Source: Octopus vulgaris
Taxonomy: Eukaryota
Assembly: GCA_951406725.2 (NCBI GenBank)
Contig: OX597815.1
Location: 164,858,001 to 164,922,000, forward strand
DNA length: 64,000 nt
Direction: 5' to 3'
The notes beneath the pieces are model-generated. The model made no database searches. It saw nothing but the letters and a program-made list of their open reading frames with translations, and was not told the origin of the DNA. The stretch's first letter is position 1. Each line of letters begins with the position of its first letter. The translations under genes were made by a program, and so were the position numbers. Shown in pieces: positions 50,901-62,443 of the stretch.

Positions 50901-51578
50901 TAGTGTCAGTGTGCATGCAAAACAGAGTGTAAGTATCCTGAGAGAAATGCTGGATATAAGAAGCATCAGATGTGGTGTGCAAGAGCGACGCTTGCGATGG
51001 TATGGTCATGTGCTGAGGGTGGATGAAGAGAGATGTGTGAAGAAGTGCCACTCCCAAACAGTTGAAGGTATCAGGGGGAGAGGTAGACCCAGGAAGACAT
51101 GGGATGAGGTGGTCAAGCATGACCTCAGAGCATTGGGCCTCACTGAGGCAATGGCGAAGGACCGAGATCTCTGGAGATATGCTGTGACTACAAAGACCCG
51201 GGCTGCTTTCTGCAGCAATTCCACATACCCCCTACCCATTCTAAGTACCCCGGATCCCCAAAGTACCCTGGATCCCCAAAGTACCCCGATCCCCAAAGTA
51301 CCCCGGACCTCGTTGCCCCCGTGCCGCTGACACGTTAAAATGCTCGAACCGATCGTGACGATGCCGGACCCTCCGGCCCCTGTGCAGGTGGCACGTAAAA
51401 AGCACCCAATCCACTCACGGAGTGGTTGGCGTTAGGAAGGGCATCCAGCCGTAGAAACTCTGCCAGATTCAGACTGGAGCCTGGAGCGGCCCCTGGCTTC
51501 CCAGACCCGGTCAAACCGTCCAACCCGTGCTAGCGCGGAAAGCGGACGTTAAACGATGATGATGATGATGATGATGAT
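47948..51578 (+). mobile_element. Near full-length RTE-clade non-LTR retrotransposon (LINE) in an ACC intron
   Basis: Single long APE+RT ORF, 3' UTR ending in (GAT)n, flanked on both sides by (TA)n; the 5' boundary is approximate. Confidence 0.93.
48064..51330 (+). CDS. RTE polyprotein: AP endonuclease + reverse transcriptase with C4HC3 finger
   Basis: APE motifs IQEVRW, SAYAPQ, GGDFNGH, QIDFIL; RT motifs YRGIKL, QFGF, FVDLEKAFD, GVHQGSALSP, YADD (50258-50269); C-terminal GRGRPRKTW; no internal stop. True start codon uncertain. Confidence 0.92.
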   Translation: MDRLEERSKEKYHENYHHHYNPPLLRRRIPPSPHISFPVFRVGTINVGTLTGKSSEIVEMLERRQVDVCCIQEVRWRDASARVLTGKALRYKLYWQGNAEGVGGVGILLAEEWVDKVIEVVRVCDRVLKLRLVLQSGTAMIISAYAPQAGLPNDQKDNFYDTLLQATSKTSNKDLIFVGGDFNGHVGRESGIFTGVHGGYGIGTRNDEGTRLLEFCDACNLSICNTNFKKPVCHLITYQSGDSASQIDFILTRQRDAGLLLNTKTLPGEECIPQHRLIISDFKLEARRTPRNKPIQKRRIWRLKNPSHGQKFRDILIKKFDEREEELQTSDIEGSWEFLRDSLLSATDQVCGWCKVPSRPRITWWWNSAVDKAICEKRRAWKAWKDGGSRELYQIAKREAGRQVYIAKDVAEKKKFANVQRREDQRAEVFRIARQCVRENSDVIGEKCVRMDDGALAFTTSEKKEAWRSHYERLLNEENEWEEESLPNVDPVEGPATRIDSSLVDKAIKDMKPGKAPGLSGITAEMLKTAGYVGHAIVTRIVNQVVHNGAIPNDWCSSTIVNCYKGKGDALDRNNYRGIKLLDQVMKVSEKVITKLIRERICLDEMQFGFVPGRSTTDAIFLVRQLQEKYLAKDKPLYIAFVDLEKAFDRVPRSLIWWSMRKLEIEEWLIRAVQALYREAVSKVRIGNEYSEEFRVEVGVHQGSALSPLLFIIVLQAITEEFKTGCPWELLYADDLALIAESLPELEEKFRVWKQGLESKGLRINVAKTKVLVSSKRYSAHIPSGRWPCSTCRKGTGRNSIRCTQCKLWTHKRCSNIKGKLTDKIAFMCGRCTGTIDTTDTQKTDSITLQGEKLEVVDSFRYLGDQVSSGGGCTESITTRIRIAWAKFRKLLPLLATKGLSLRAKGRLYDACVRTAMLHGNETWAVTAEDMRRLERNEASMIRWMCSVSVHAKQSVSILREMLDIRSIRCGVQERRLRWYGHVLRVDEERCVKKCHSQTVEGIRGRGRPRKTWDEVVKHDLRALGLTEAMAKDRDLWRYAVTTKTRAAFCSNSTYPLPILSTPDPQSTLDPQSTPIPKVPRTSLPPCR

Positions 51579-52876
51579 ATATATATATATATATCATCGT
51601 CGTCGTCGTTTAACATCTGCTTTCAGTGCTGGCATGAGTTGGATAGTTTGACTGAGAACTGGCAAGCCAGGAAGCTGCACCAGACACGAATCTGATTTGG
51701 CTAGGTTTCTACAGCTGGATGCCATCCCTAATGCCAACCACTCTGAGAGTGTAGTGGGTGCTTTTTACATGTCAGCAGCATGGGTGCCAGTCAGGCGGCA
51801 CTGGGATTGGCTACGCTTGAATGATGCTTATATATATATGTATATGTGTGTATATATATATGTATGTATGTATGTATATATGTAACAAGTGAAGAATAGA
51901 GTATGATGTATACTGTTTATATTAGACTGGTGTCCCCATCTTGACTGCTTTCACTACATTTCGGCTGTTGTATGCTCCAGCCTTCTTCAGGTGTCTTGTG
52001 TTGACCTCAGCTGTTTTGGAATTTTGGACCTAATCTTTTATTTGATCTATGGAGGGTGCACTGTTCTCATATAGAATAGTTAGTATTAGACATTTACTGC
52101 ATGGTTTACAGCTGTTTCCATAACGTTTGGGTGACAGATCATAAAATAAGTTGGAAAACACGGAAGAGAGCAATGATACTGTCATATTGATTATGTTATA
52201 TTGATTATATAATAAGAAACCCTTAGTCATCTAGTCATATTTTTTCACAAGTGTTATGACTGTAAACTGTGGAGTAAATGTAATAGCAAACAACACTAGT
52301 CTTCACTAACTATTTCATACTCCACAACTGAAGGTAACCCTCTAGATTTTAAATATATATATATAAACTTAATCCAAACATGAAAACACAACAACGCGAG
52401 GATGTGGAACAAGTATAGCGTTATTGGATGCTCAGGAAAGGAAGGAAAGAAGGAGGATTTGATGTTTTGAGCGGAGCTCTTCGTTAGAAACATAGGTAAA
52501 AAAAAGATCCAAGGAAGGGAAGACAGAGGAAAAAAATCGCCAATGGTACACATGCGGTCACATTTTGAATGAATATATATATATACATACACATACACAC
52601 ACACACACATACACACACACACATACTCACATGTTAGTATTGAACAATAAGAATGAGTGCTCAACACCACATTGGTGGATAAACATTCTTTATTTGTGTG
52701 GGTTAACCAGGCTACAGTTAGTTTCATGTTAAGAGAGGTATATCTTTCCACAATTTTCAAGCCTATTGCATGGGATGTTGGTGTTTGTTTCCATCTTTGA
52801 AGAGATATACCTCTCTTTGCATGAAACCAATGGTAACCCGGTTAACCCACAAATAAAGTACACATACACATATACA

Positions 52877-53077
52877 CAAGGGGGTGCTGAAAAGCTTTTG
52901 GCTTTTAGGGCATCGTGAAAGGCCTAACCTTCTGAGCCCTTTTACAGGGCTTAGAAAAACTGAAGTACCGCTGCAATGTGAGTGTGAATCTGAGAAGGGA
53001 ATATGGTGAATAAAATCATAATTTACTGATCCTTCTGTATTTTCTTTTACCCAAAGCCAGGAACTTTTCAGCACACT

Positions 53078-53081
<4 letters not shown>
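52877..53081. mobile_element. Mariner-type MITE, same family as 41639-41856
   Basis: Same TIRs and reverse-complement internal sequence. Confidence 0.8.
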
Positions 53082-53123
<42 letters not shown>

Positions 53124-53397
53124 TTTGTTTGTATATACTTTCTCATAGTGAGTTTAGTGTTGCACCTTTACAGTTATTTTTGTCTTGTTTATATTCCTCT
53201 GGTGCTATACATATATATTCATTCTCTTTCTAAAGATATTTGGTTATTGGAAGAAATTTATCAGATTCATTGTTAGGAATTACTTGAACTTTCTGTTAGT
53301 TTAGAAAATAATTTTTTTTTTAAACTTTAGTATTTTTGAATCACCATCTTAAAATGTCATCTTTTTCAAAATTCTATTTTCCCTCTTCTTTTTATAG

Positions 53398-53541
53398 GTG
53401 CTTGGCCGAGAAGTGTATACAAGCAACACTCAGTTGGGTGGTATCCAAATCATGCACAATAATGGTGTTTCCCATGATGTGGCCTCAGATGATTTTGAGG
53501 GAGTTTACAAAATATTACAGTGGCTCTCTTACATGCCTAAG
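53398..53541 (+). CDS. ACC: ACC exon, CT domain
   Basis: [26 protein letters not shown]...WLSYMPK; atag/gtaaat. Confidence 0.96.
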
Positions 53542-56464
53542 GTAAATCAATATTAACTGTTTAACATTCAGATTACTTAGTCAAATGCAATGCTTTTTTA
53601 TTCACATTGCCTTCAAGATTTCAATGACTTAATTGTATATTTTTAGACTGACATTGCAGAGTAGGTGTGAGAGGCTGGATGTGGCCAGTATGAACATAAA
53701 ACAGGTGGAACATTTTGGCCAGATATGGCCAGTGCTAAAGGGTTGATATCAAATCAAAACTATAATATCAAATCCATATATGAAAAGCACCCAGTACACT
53801 CTGTAAAATGGTTAGCATTCGGAAGGGCATCCAGCTGTAGAAACCATGCCAAAACAGACATGGAGCCTGAACAGCCCTTCAGCTGCTGAGCTCCTGTCAA
53901 ACCATCCAACCCATGCCAGCATAGAAAAACAGATGTTAAATGATGATCATGATGATATTAAATACATGTTTATGTTTTCTAAAGTGTGCATGGATACAAA
54001 AGTAAATGTATTCTTTGTTCAGTCTTCAATGAATCCGCAAAATCTCTTAGGACAGGTCAGTTATGAGCTCCAGGATTCACGTTTAATCCAGTTTCCATGA
54101 TGCATAAATGACTGAGATTACAACACTCCTTTGCCCTTGAACAGGACTCTAGTCCTTTGCAGTGTTAACTTCCCAGTTATTACTGGAACTCATTTACAAT
54201 TGAGGGGTCTGAAGCAGTATGGAATGGAGTGTCTTGCTGAAGAATGCAATGTGGTGCTTGGTTCAGGAATCAAAAACCATGGTCTTACAGTTGTGGTTAC
54301 TTTACTCTCACCACTAGACCAAGTTCCTTCATTCAAAATCTCTATCGAAACTCTTTTTTAAAATCTCTGTGTGAATCCTATGCATATGTATTTTCATGGC
54401 AATTTGGGTAAAATTGACATATTTGCTATTGTTGAAGCAAATAAAGTATTTTCTAGTACAAAGAAGCTTAGCTTTTAGGATACAGAGTTGTTGGAGTGTA
54501 GGATACTATATCTAGCAAACTTAGAACAGATAAGTAATTTTGGTGATTTGCTGTGCTTGAAAAGACACGTCAAGTTAAGTGAAATTGTAGTCATGGCCAG
54601 TGCTGGTGACACATTAAAGGCACATGTGCTGGGGATACATAAGAGGCACCTGTGCTGGTGATACATTAATGGCACTTATGCTGGTGACAGTTAAAAGGCA
54701 CATGTGCCAGTGACGCATGAGAGGTACCTGTGTTGGTAACATGTTAACAGCACCTATGCTGGTGACACATAAGAGGCACCTAGTACACTCTGTGGAGTGG
54801 ATGGCATTTGAAAAGGCATCCAGCTATAGAAATCAAGCCAAAACAGACTGGAGTCTGGTGCAGCTCTCTGGCTTATCAGCTCTGGTCAAACCATCTTACT
54901 CATGCTACTATGGAAAACAGGTGCTAAATGATGATGATGATGAGGAGGAAGAGGAATTATGATAAAATGAAAATATAGGAAATTACAAAGATAGATATTA
55001 GTGTTGATTACTTTTTTACTCCTTTACTTGTTTCAGTCATTTGATTGTGGCCATGCTGGAGCACCGCCTTTAGTTGAGCAAATTGATCCCAGGACTTATT
55101 CTTTGTAAGCCCAGTACTTATTCTATCGGTCTCTTTTGCCGAACCACTAAGTTACGGGGATGTAAACACAAGCATCAGTTGTCAAGCGATGTTGGGGGAC
55201 AAACACAGACACACAAACATGCACACACACACACACACACATATATATAAATAAATGGAGTTTAACGCAGGTATAATTCAAATATTTTTCCCATGTTTAT
55301 TGTTAACAAGGGAAAAATACAATCATCTATTTATATATATATATGCATATACATACAATGGGCTTCTTTCAGTTTCTGTCTACCAAATCCACTCACAAGG
55401 CTTTGGTTGGCCCGAGGCTATAGTAAAAGACACTTGCCCAAGGTGCCACGCAGTGGGACTAAACCTGGAACCATGTAGTTCGTAAGCAAGCTACTTACCA
55501 CACAGCCACTCTTATGCCTACTACGCAGCCACTCCTATGCCTAAAAGGTTTACTAATCAGTCATATACTCTCCTGGATTCTGTTCTCTATGTTACTGATC
55601 TGTGATTATACAACAGAAATACAGAGGACTAATCTAAAAGAACAACATTAAGGACTCTCTAATGTCATAAAGCACATGTTTTAACAAATCACGAATTATG
55701 CAAATGCTTGATATTGTAAATCCAGCAGATCTGTGTTAATTTCATTAGAAAAGGGATATATTTGGTTATATTAAACCTATTGCATCTTGTAGCTTTTACA
55801 CTAAATGTTAATTTTGTGTCAATCCTTCAGCTTGGTTATCTAGGCCATGATTTGTTTTAATAAATTTCGTTTTTGCTGTAGGCATGGCTGTGTGGTTAAA
55901 GAAGCTCACTTTGTAACCATGTGGTTTCAGGTTCAGTCCCATTGCATGGTACCTCGAGCAAGTGTCTTCTAGAAAAGCCACAAGCTGCACAATGCCTTGT
56001 GAGTGGTTTTGGTAGATGGAAACTAATGTATGTGTGTGTGTGTAAATTTAATGTACTATATATATGGATGTGTTATTCACAAGAAGCTCCTTTACTGAAT
56101 CAGGCTACAAATCATAGTAAACCAAAGCAAAACATCTTATACCTCCTTTCTTTCTTTATATTTCAAATATATATGTGTATGTGTGTGTGTGTATTTGTTC
56201 CTGTAACTTAGTAGTTGACAACAGGGATTGATAAAATAAGTACTACTTATGAGAGAAAAAAAAGTACAGGGGTAGATTTGTTCCACTAACCCCTTCAAGG
56301 ATGTGTTCCAGCATTGTTGCAGTCCTTCGACTGAAACAAATAAAAGATGTTATTAGTTACTGTGTCCCTTAGAACATTTTGACTTGAAAATGTTGGAAAA
56401 ATTTGTTATAAAATATAATACCATGATTTTGATTAAATCTCAGTTAATTTCCTATTTTATTTAG

Positions 56465-56585
56465 TTTCACGGTGGACCACTGCCAATTGTTCGTCCTCTT
56501 GATCCAGTTGATCGTACCATTGAATTTATTCCAAGTAAAACCTGTTACAATCCTCGTATGATGCTTTGCGGCAAGAAAGACACAA
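56465..56585 (+). CDS. ACC: ACC exon, CT domain
   Basis: PLPIVRPLDPVDRTIEFIPSKTCYNPRMMLCG; ttag/gtaagt. Confidence 0.94.
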
Positions 56586-58597
56586 GTAAGTTCATTTTTT
56601 ACTTTTTTCATGTATTTACAGTTCTCAGATAGTCTCAGTAATATAAAATCTGTGATTTGGAATCATTCTTCAAAGAAATTAGATGTCATCGTCATTATGA
56701 TCGTTTACATCAGCTATCCATGCTGGCATGGGTTGGACAGTTTGACATGGAACTGGCTAACAAAGCTGTCCAGACTGATTATCTATTGTTGTATGGTTTC
56801 TACGGCTGGATGCCCTTCCTGACACCAACCTCTTAACAGAGTGTACTGGGTGCTTTTTACGTGCCGCCATCATGGTTGTAGAGTGGCTAACCAGCTTTCG
56901 TGCCAGTGGCACATAAAAGACACCATTCGAGTGTGATTGTTACCAGTGCCACCTTACTGGCACTTGAGCCCCATGCTAGTAGGGTGCTAAGAGCACCATC
57001 TGAGCGTGATCATTGCCAGAGCGGCCAACTGGCCTCCGTGCCGGTGGTATGTAAAAGGCACCATTTGAGCGTGATCCTTACCAGCATTGCCTTACCGGCA
57101 CCTGTGCCAGTGGCATGTGTAAAAAGATTCAAGTGAGGTCGTTGCCAGTACCGCTTGACTGGCCCTGTGCTGGTGGCATGTAAAAGCACCCGCTACACTC
57201 TTGGAGTGGTTGGCGTTAGGAAGGGCATCCGGCTGTAGAAACTCTGCCAGATCTAGATCGAAGCCTGGTGCAGCCATCTGATTCACCAACCCTCAGTCAA
57301 ATCGTCCAACCCATGCTAGCATGGAAAGCGGATGTTAAACGATGTCCATATTCCCTGGTGGTTAGGTGATTTGATAAGACTCAGTGGGTTCAGGAACTGT
57401 GCTATACTCTGATGTCTGCTTTGGTATGGTTTCTATGGATGGATGCCCTTCCTAACACCAGCCACTTTTTAGCATGCACTGGGTACTTTTTTTACATACC
57501 ACCAGTACTATTGAGGTTGCCTTGCAGCATCCAGGACTTCAAATCTGAGGGAGTTAAAGTATGAGAGATAGGGTTGGGACAGAGCAGGTTCTTGTAGAAA
57601 AGTGACACAGTTGCTTACATTTATTATAGGAGGGAAAGAATGATCATGATCAGCTAGTGTTGCAATAAGATAGATAAGAAGGTTGAGATGAGGTCCAGGT
57701 GGCCTTTCAAGATATGTGGTAAGTAGAAGTGGGTAAATGGGGTGTTCGCAAGATTGCATAAGGAGCAGGAGTTATGGGGGGGAAATATATATTTATTTAT
57801 TGTTATAGTTGTATCCCTAAAACTAATTTCATATCTAAATAACAACTGAGTTAATGTGTAGCTTGTAAGTGTTATAATTATTTTCTTCAATAACTGAAAT
57901 AGTTCCTTTCAGAAAGCGTTCATGATGCCACATTAATATTTTTGAAAAAACAAAGGGAAAGGACAATGATCCTTTTTGAGTCATTTAGACTCACGGGGCA
58001 GGTTTCCATGACATATATGGTGCTGGTGTCATATAAAAAGCATCCAGTCTGCACTGTAAAGTGGTTGGCGTTTGGAAGGGCTCCAGCTGTAAAAAAAAAA
58101 AAAAACTATGCCAAGACCAACTTCACCTGTGCTGGTGCCATGTAAAAAGCACTCAGTTCACTTTGCTGGGTGGTTGATGTTAGGAATGGCATTCAGCTGT
58201 GAAAACAATGTCAAAACAGACAGCAAAGCATGGTGCAATCTTTGCTTAGTTAGCTCCTGTCAAACCATCCAACCCATGCCAGCATGGCTAGCAGACATTA
58301 ATTGATAATGATGATATTCCTCCCTGGATGAGATGCTTGTCTATTGCAAGATTTCTTGTTTTCACCAGTTGAATGAACTGGAGCAACATGAAATGAAGTG
58401 TTTTGCTCAAGAAAATTATGCATTGCCTGGTGCAGGAATTGAAACCATAATTTTACAGTCACGAATTCAACACTCCACACATTAACATGTTATAATTTTT
58501 ATAATCTATAGTGTTGTATATGGCTATTGCTGTCACATTGTTATTACAAGCAATGAATAAATTTAAAATGAATCAAATGACCTAATTTCTTTTGTAG

Positions 58598-58688
58598 ATG
58601 GTGACTGGATCAGCGGCTTCTTTGATCGTGATTCCTTCATGGAGATAATGCGTCCCTGGGCACAGACAGTTATTTGTGGACGTGCACG
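58598..58688 (+). CDS. ACC: ACC exon, CT domain
   Basis: [27 protein letters not shown]; gtag/gtaaga. Confidence 0.95.
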
Positions 58689-59828
58689 GTAAGAACTTAG
58701 TTTTGTCTTACCAACTTTTTAAAACTTATCACATCATCTTTAACTATTAGGCCATCCAGAAGCTTATAAATTAATTAAATATGTCAACATATATTAACTA
58801 TGTAATAACTTTGAATTAAATTGTCATAGCAGATGTGCTACATCTGTTATCATTTGTCATTGTCATCAACATTTAATGTCTGTTTTCCATGCTGGCATGG
58901 GTTGGATGGCTTGACAGAAACTGGCAAGACCAGGAACTGCATTAGGTTCCATAGTCTGTTTGGTTTCTATGTCTGGATGCCCTTCCTAATGCCAACCACT
59001 TCACAGAATGTACTGAGTGCTTTTTATGTGGCACCATCACCAGTGCTTTTTGTAAGTGGCACCAGTGCTTTTTGCACGACATCTTGGTTTTAGGATTTCA
59101 ATTCCGCTCAGCACCGCCTGATTGTAAAAGCACCAACCGATCCTGGCCGTTTGCCATCCTCCCCTGACCCCTGTGCCGTTGGCACATAAAAAGAACCCAC
59201 TACACTCACGGAGTGGTTGGCGTTAGGAAGGGCATCCAGCTGTAGAAACACTGCCAGATCAAACTGGAGCCTGGTGCAGCCTCCGGGCCTCCCAGACCCC
59301 GGTTGAACCGTCCAACCCATGCTAACATGGAAAATAGACATTAAATGATGATGTGATGGATGAGTCTTCTCGAGTACAGCAGTGCACCGCATAACTCAGT
59401 TCTCTGTCATCTCTTTACAAATGATCAAATTTTTGCATTGGAAAGAAGGATTTGTCTAGAAGAAATAGATTTGTTCCTTGTAATATGTGTGTGTGCGCAC
59501 GTGCATGTCTGTGTGTGTGTGTTCGTGTGTGTGCATGCGCATGCATAGAGAGATACGTTTTTGTGTATGTGTATTGGAGAAAGAGAAGGTGTATGTATAT
59601 GTTTGGATGAGTGGACAAATAACTGGGTCATGATTATTTTTTTCATATCTGACACATTGATTTTTGCCTACCTTAATTTACCAATCTGTTGGGAATATGT
59701 ATCATTCCTTCTAGCAGTTTGACTGCAATAGTTTGGTGTTCAATCCAAAGGGTGATTTCTTTCATGAGATTACAAAGTGTAAAGCCAAACACTGGACTTA
59801 TAGCCTACATTAGTAGATAAAATGAAAC

Positions 59829-59865
<37 letters not shown>

Positions 59866-60913
59866 ATGGTTGCATGGTAAAGAAGTTTACTTCCCAATCA
59901 ACTGGTTTAGGGTTCAGTTTCACTGTGTGGCACCTTGGACAAGAGTCTTGGACTATAGCCATGGTTGATTAAAGCCTTTTAATTGAATTTAGGAGAAGCC
60001 CATTGTGAGTGTGTATATAAATGTATATACACGTGTATGGGACATATATATATGTGTATGTTTATATGTCCTGACATTGCATTGTAGTTGTAACAAGCAT
60101 CACTGTCATACAAGCGGTGTTTTTTGTTTCCTATCTTCTGTCTGGCTTTGGGAAACTTTACCTTGCTTGGAAACAGGTGAGAGTTGGTGACAGGAAGGGC
60201 GTCCGGCCATAAGAAAATCTGCCTCAACAAATTCCATGTGACACATGCAAGCATGGAAAGTTGGATTTAGAATGGTGATGCTGGTGATATACTTATACGT
60301 ATATGCATAAATTCACAAATGAGACAGGAGAGTGGATAAGGTAATGAATAATATGCTTATGAACCATGGGTTCTAATCCAGTGCTAGTGTTTTATCCCTG
60401 AGATGGTCATTTTATTCTACTTCCCCTTATTTTTTTATCTACCTGTTTGAGATCACTTTGTTTCGGAATTATACAAGAGTCCTGTAGTAGAGTTAGCAGT
60501 TTACCTTACATTGTCATTAGTTCTGGACTCTAGTTTTGTAAGAGTTACATGTTGTGTATTCATCATTCTTGGCCATGAAAGATTAATCATCATCATCGTC
60601 GTCATCATTATCATTTTAATCTACTTTCCATGATGGTATAGGTTTGATAGGTTGTCATCTACTTAAAGTGCATATTTGGATATTTTTATAAAGTATTATT
60701 GTAAGATCTGAATTTACCATAGTATTTTTCTGAAATCTCAACTCTGCTCCACCACTAAAAACAGTCATCACCATCATTTAATACCCATGTTCCATGCTGG
60801 CATGGCCTGGATGGTTTGGCAGGATCTTAGGGGTCTAAGGACTGCATCATGCTCCAGTGTCTACTGGATGCCCTTTCTAACATCAACCACTATACAGCAT
60901 ATACCAATTTTAT

Positions 60914-61335
60914 GGGTGACTTGGCAGACACCCATAAAATTATTAACCATCTTACAAACAATAACTCTGAGCACCTTTTCAAACTCCACCTGTCTAACAC
61001 CCATGGACATGTTTACAAAGTCAGAAAACAGTACAGCTCCCATGACTTTCGGAAACATTTTTTCACACTAAGAGTTGCTGAAGTATGGAACAAGCTGCTG
61101 GCATCAGTTGTTAGTTGTCGGAGCATTGCATCCTTCAAAACTTACATGCTTCCTGAGATTTGCCAACATTACACCTGATTTTCTCCCCTCAATACACACG
61201 CAAGCATGTATCTGACTCATACAATGTTCACTTTCCAAACATTTGTACATTACTGCATATGCTTTATACGCACTTTTGACAAGTTGCGGTGCACCTGAGC
61301 ACTGTATACAATAATTTCATTATTATTATTATTAT
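60914..61335 (+). mobile_element. CR1/L2-type LINE 3' fragment
   Basis: THGHVYK...RKHFFTLRVAEVWNKL C-terminus, 3' UTR, (ATT)n tail. Confidence 0.8.
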
Positions 61336-61688
61336 AACGGGGTTTTTTTTGGGGGGGGGGCGACCAGCACTATTGAGTTCAGCATGTAGCTAGCTTGCAA
61401 GACTACAAACCTCAAGGCTGGTAGTCAGCTTTATGCTAGAAGATGAGGGGTTAAAGTTTGAGAGAAGGGAATAGAGCAGGTTCTTGAAGAGGCTGCTCAC
61501 ATTCAGAAGAGAGGATGAGAATGATCAAGTAGAGCTGCAAGAAAATTTATTTCTAATTTTTAAAAAAATGTCTTACTGCCATTTCTAATAGTCTCATCAT
61601 CATCATCATCATCATCATTCTATTATGACAAATTTCTGGAAATTTAAATATTACTAAATTTGTTTTTACTCTCAATTTTGTTGATCAG

Positions 61689-61785
61689 TTTGGGAGGAAT
61701 TCCAGTTGGTGTCGTATGTGTAGAGACTCGTACTGTGGAAGTTACCATTCCTGCTGATCCAGCTAACCTTGATTCAGAATCAAAA
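61689..61785 (+). CDS. ACC: ACC exon, CT domain
   Basis: [32 protein letters not shown]; tcag/gtacgt. Confidence 0.96.
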
Positions 61786-62307
61786 GTACGTCTTATTTAT
61801 TTATACATTATTTTAAATCACTTTTTCTCAAAATATCTATAGTATATAAAGCACAACATTTTGTAATGTTAGTTTCAAGTTTGTGTGATTGTGAAACTAC
61901 AACGGAATATTAACTACATATGGTTTTATCAACAAGAAAATGAACAATCAATACATAACAACAATGTTTGTAACTTTGTGTAATACCTGTTGATAGCTAT
62001 TCCTATTTCATCTCAAATTTTCTATTTAAGTTGTTTTTTATCTGACTTTTTATAGCTTAGATTAAGCCTTTCTCTCAACTCTTGTAAATATTTGCCTCTC
62101 TTTAAGAAAATGTTTGTTTTCACGTCTTCTTGCTTACTTAATTTTATGAAAACACAAAAAAGAAGAAAACAGTTTTGTTTCTTTACCTTTCCACCTCTCC
62201 ATGTGTGTGTATGTATGTATGTATTGTGTGTGTGTGTGTGTGTGTGTGCGTAAAGAAGACCTCAATGTTTACACTTTTGACTTTGGTTATTTTCATTTCT
62301 GATACAG

Positions 62308-62443
62308 AATCTTCAACAAGCTGGACAAGTGTGGTTTCCTGATTCTGCCTACAAAACTGCTCAGACAATTAAAGATTTTAATCAAGAAGAATTACCTTTA
62401 ATCATTTTTGCCAACTGGAGAGGATTTTCTGGTGGAATGAAAG
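62308..62443 (+). CDS. ACC: ACC exon, CT domain
   Basis: [43 protein letters not shown]; acag/gtaaaa. Confidence 0.96.

Larger units (their letters stand above)
1562..62443 (+). other. ACC: Acetyl-CoA carboxylase gene, internal portion (34 coding exons traced; 5' and 3' ends outside the window)
   Basis: Exons join in consistent phase with GT-AG sites. Translation gives ACC motifs: [82 protein letters not shown]. Confidence 0.97.

Noticed and set aside
48120-51296. Minus-strand ORFs over the LINE
   Set aside because: Antisense shadows of the coding frame.
54595-54785. Spaced repeats of about 29 bp resembling a CRISPR array
   Set aside because: No unique spacers or cas genes; these are tandem units of the RTE-tailed repeat in eukaryotic DNA.
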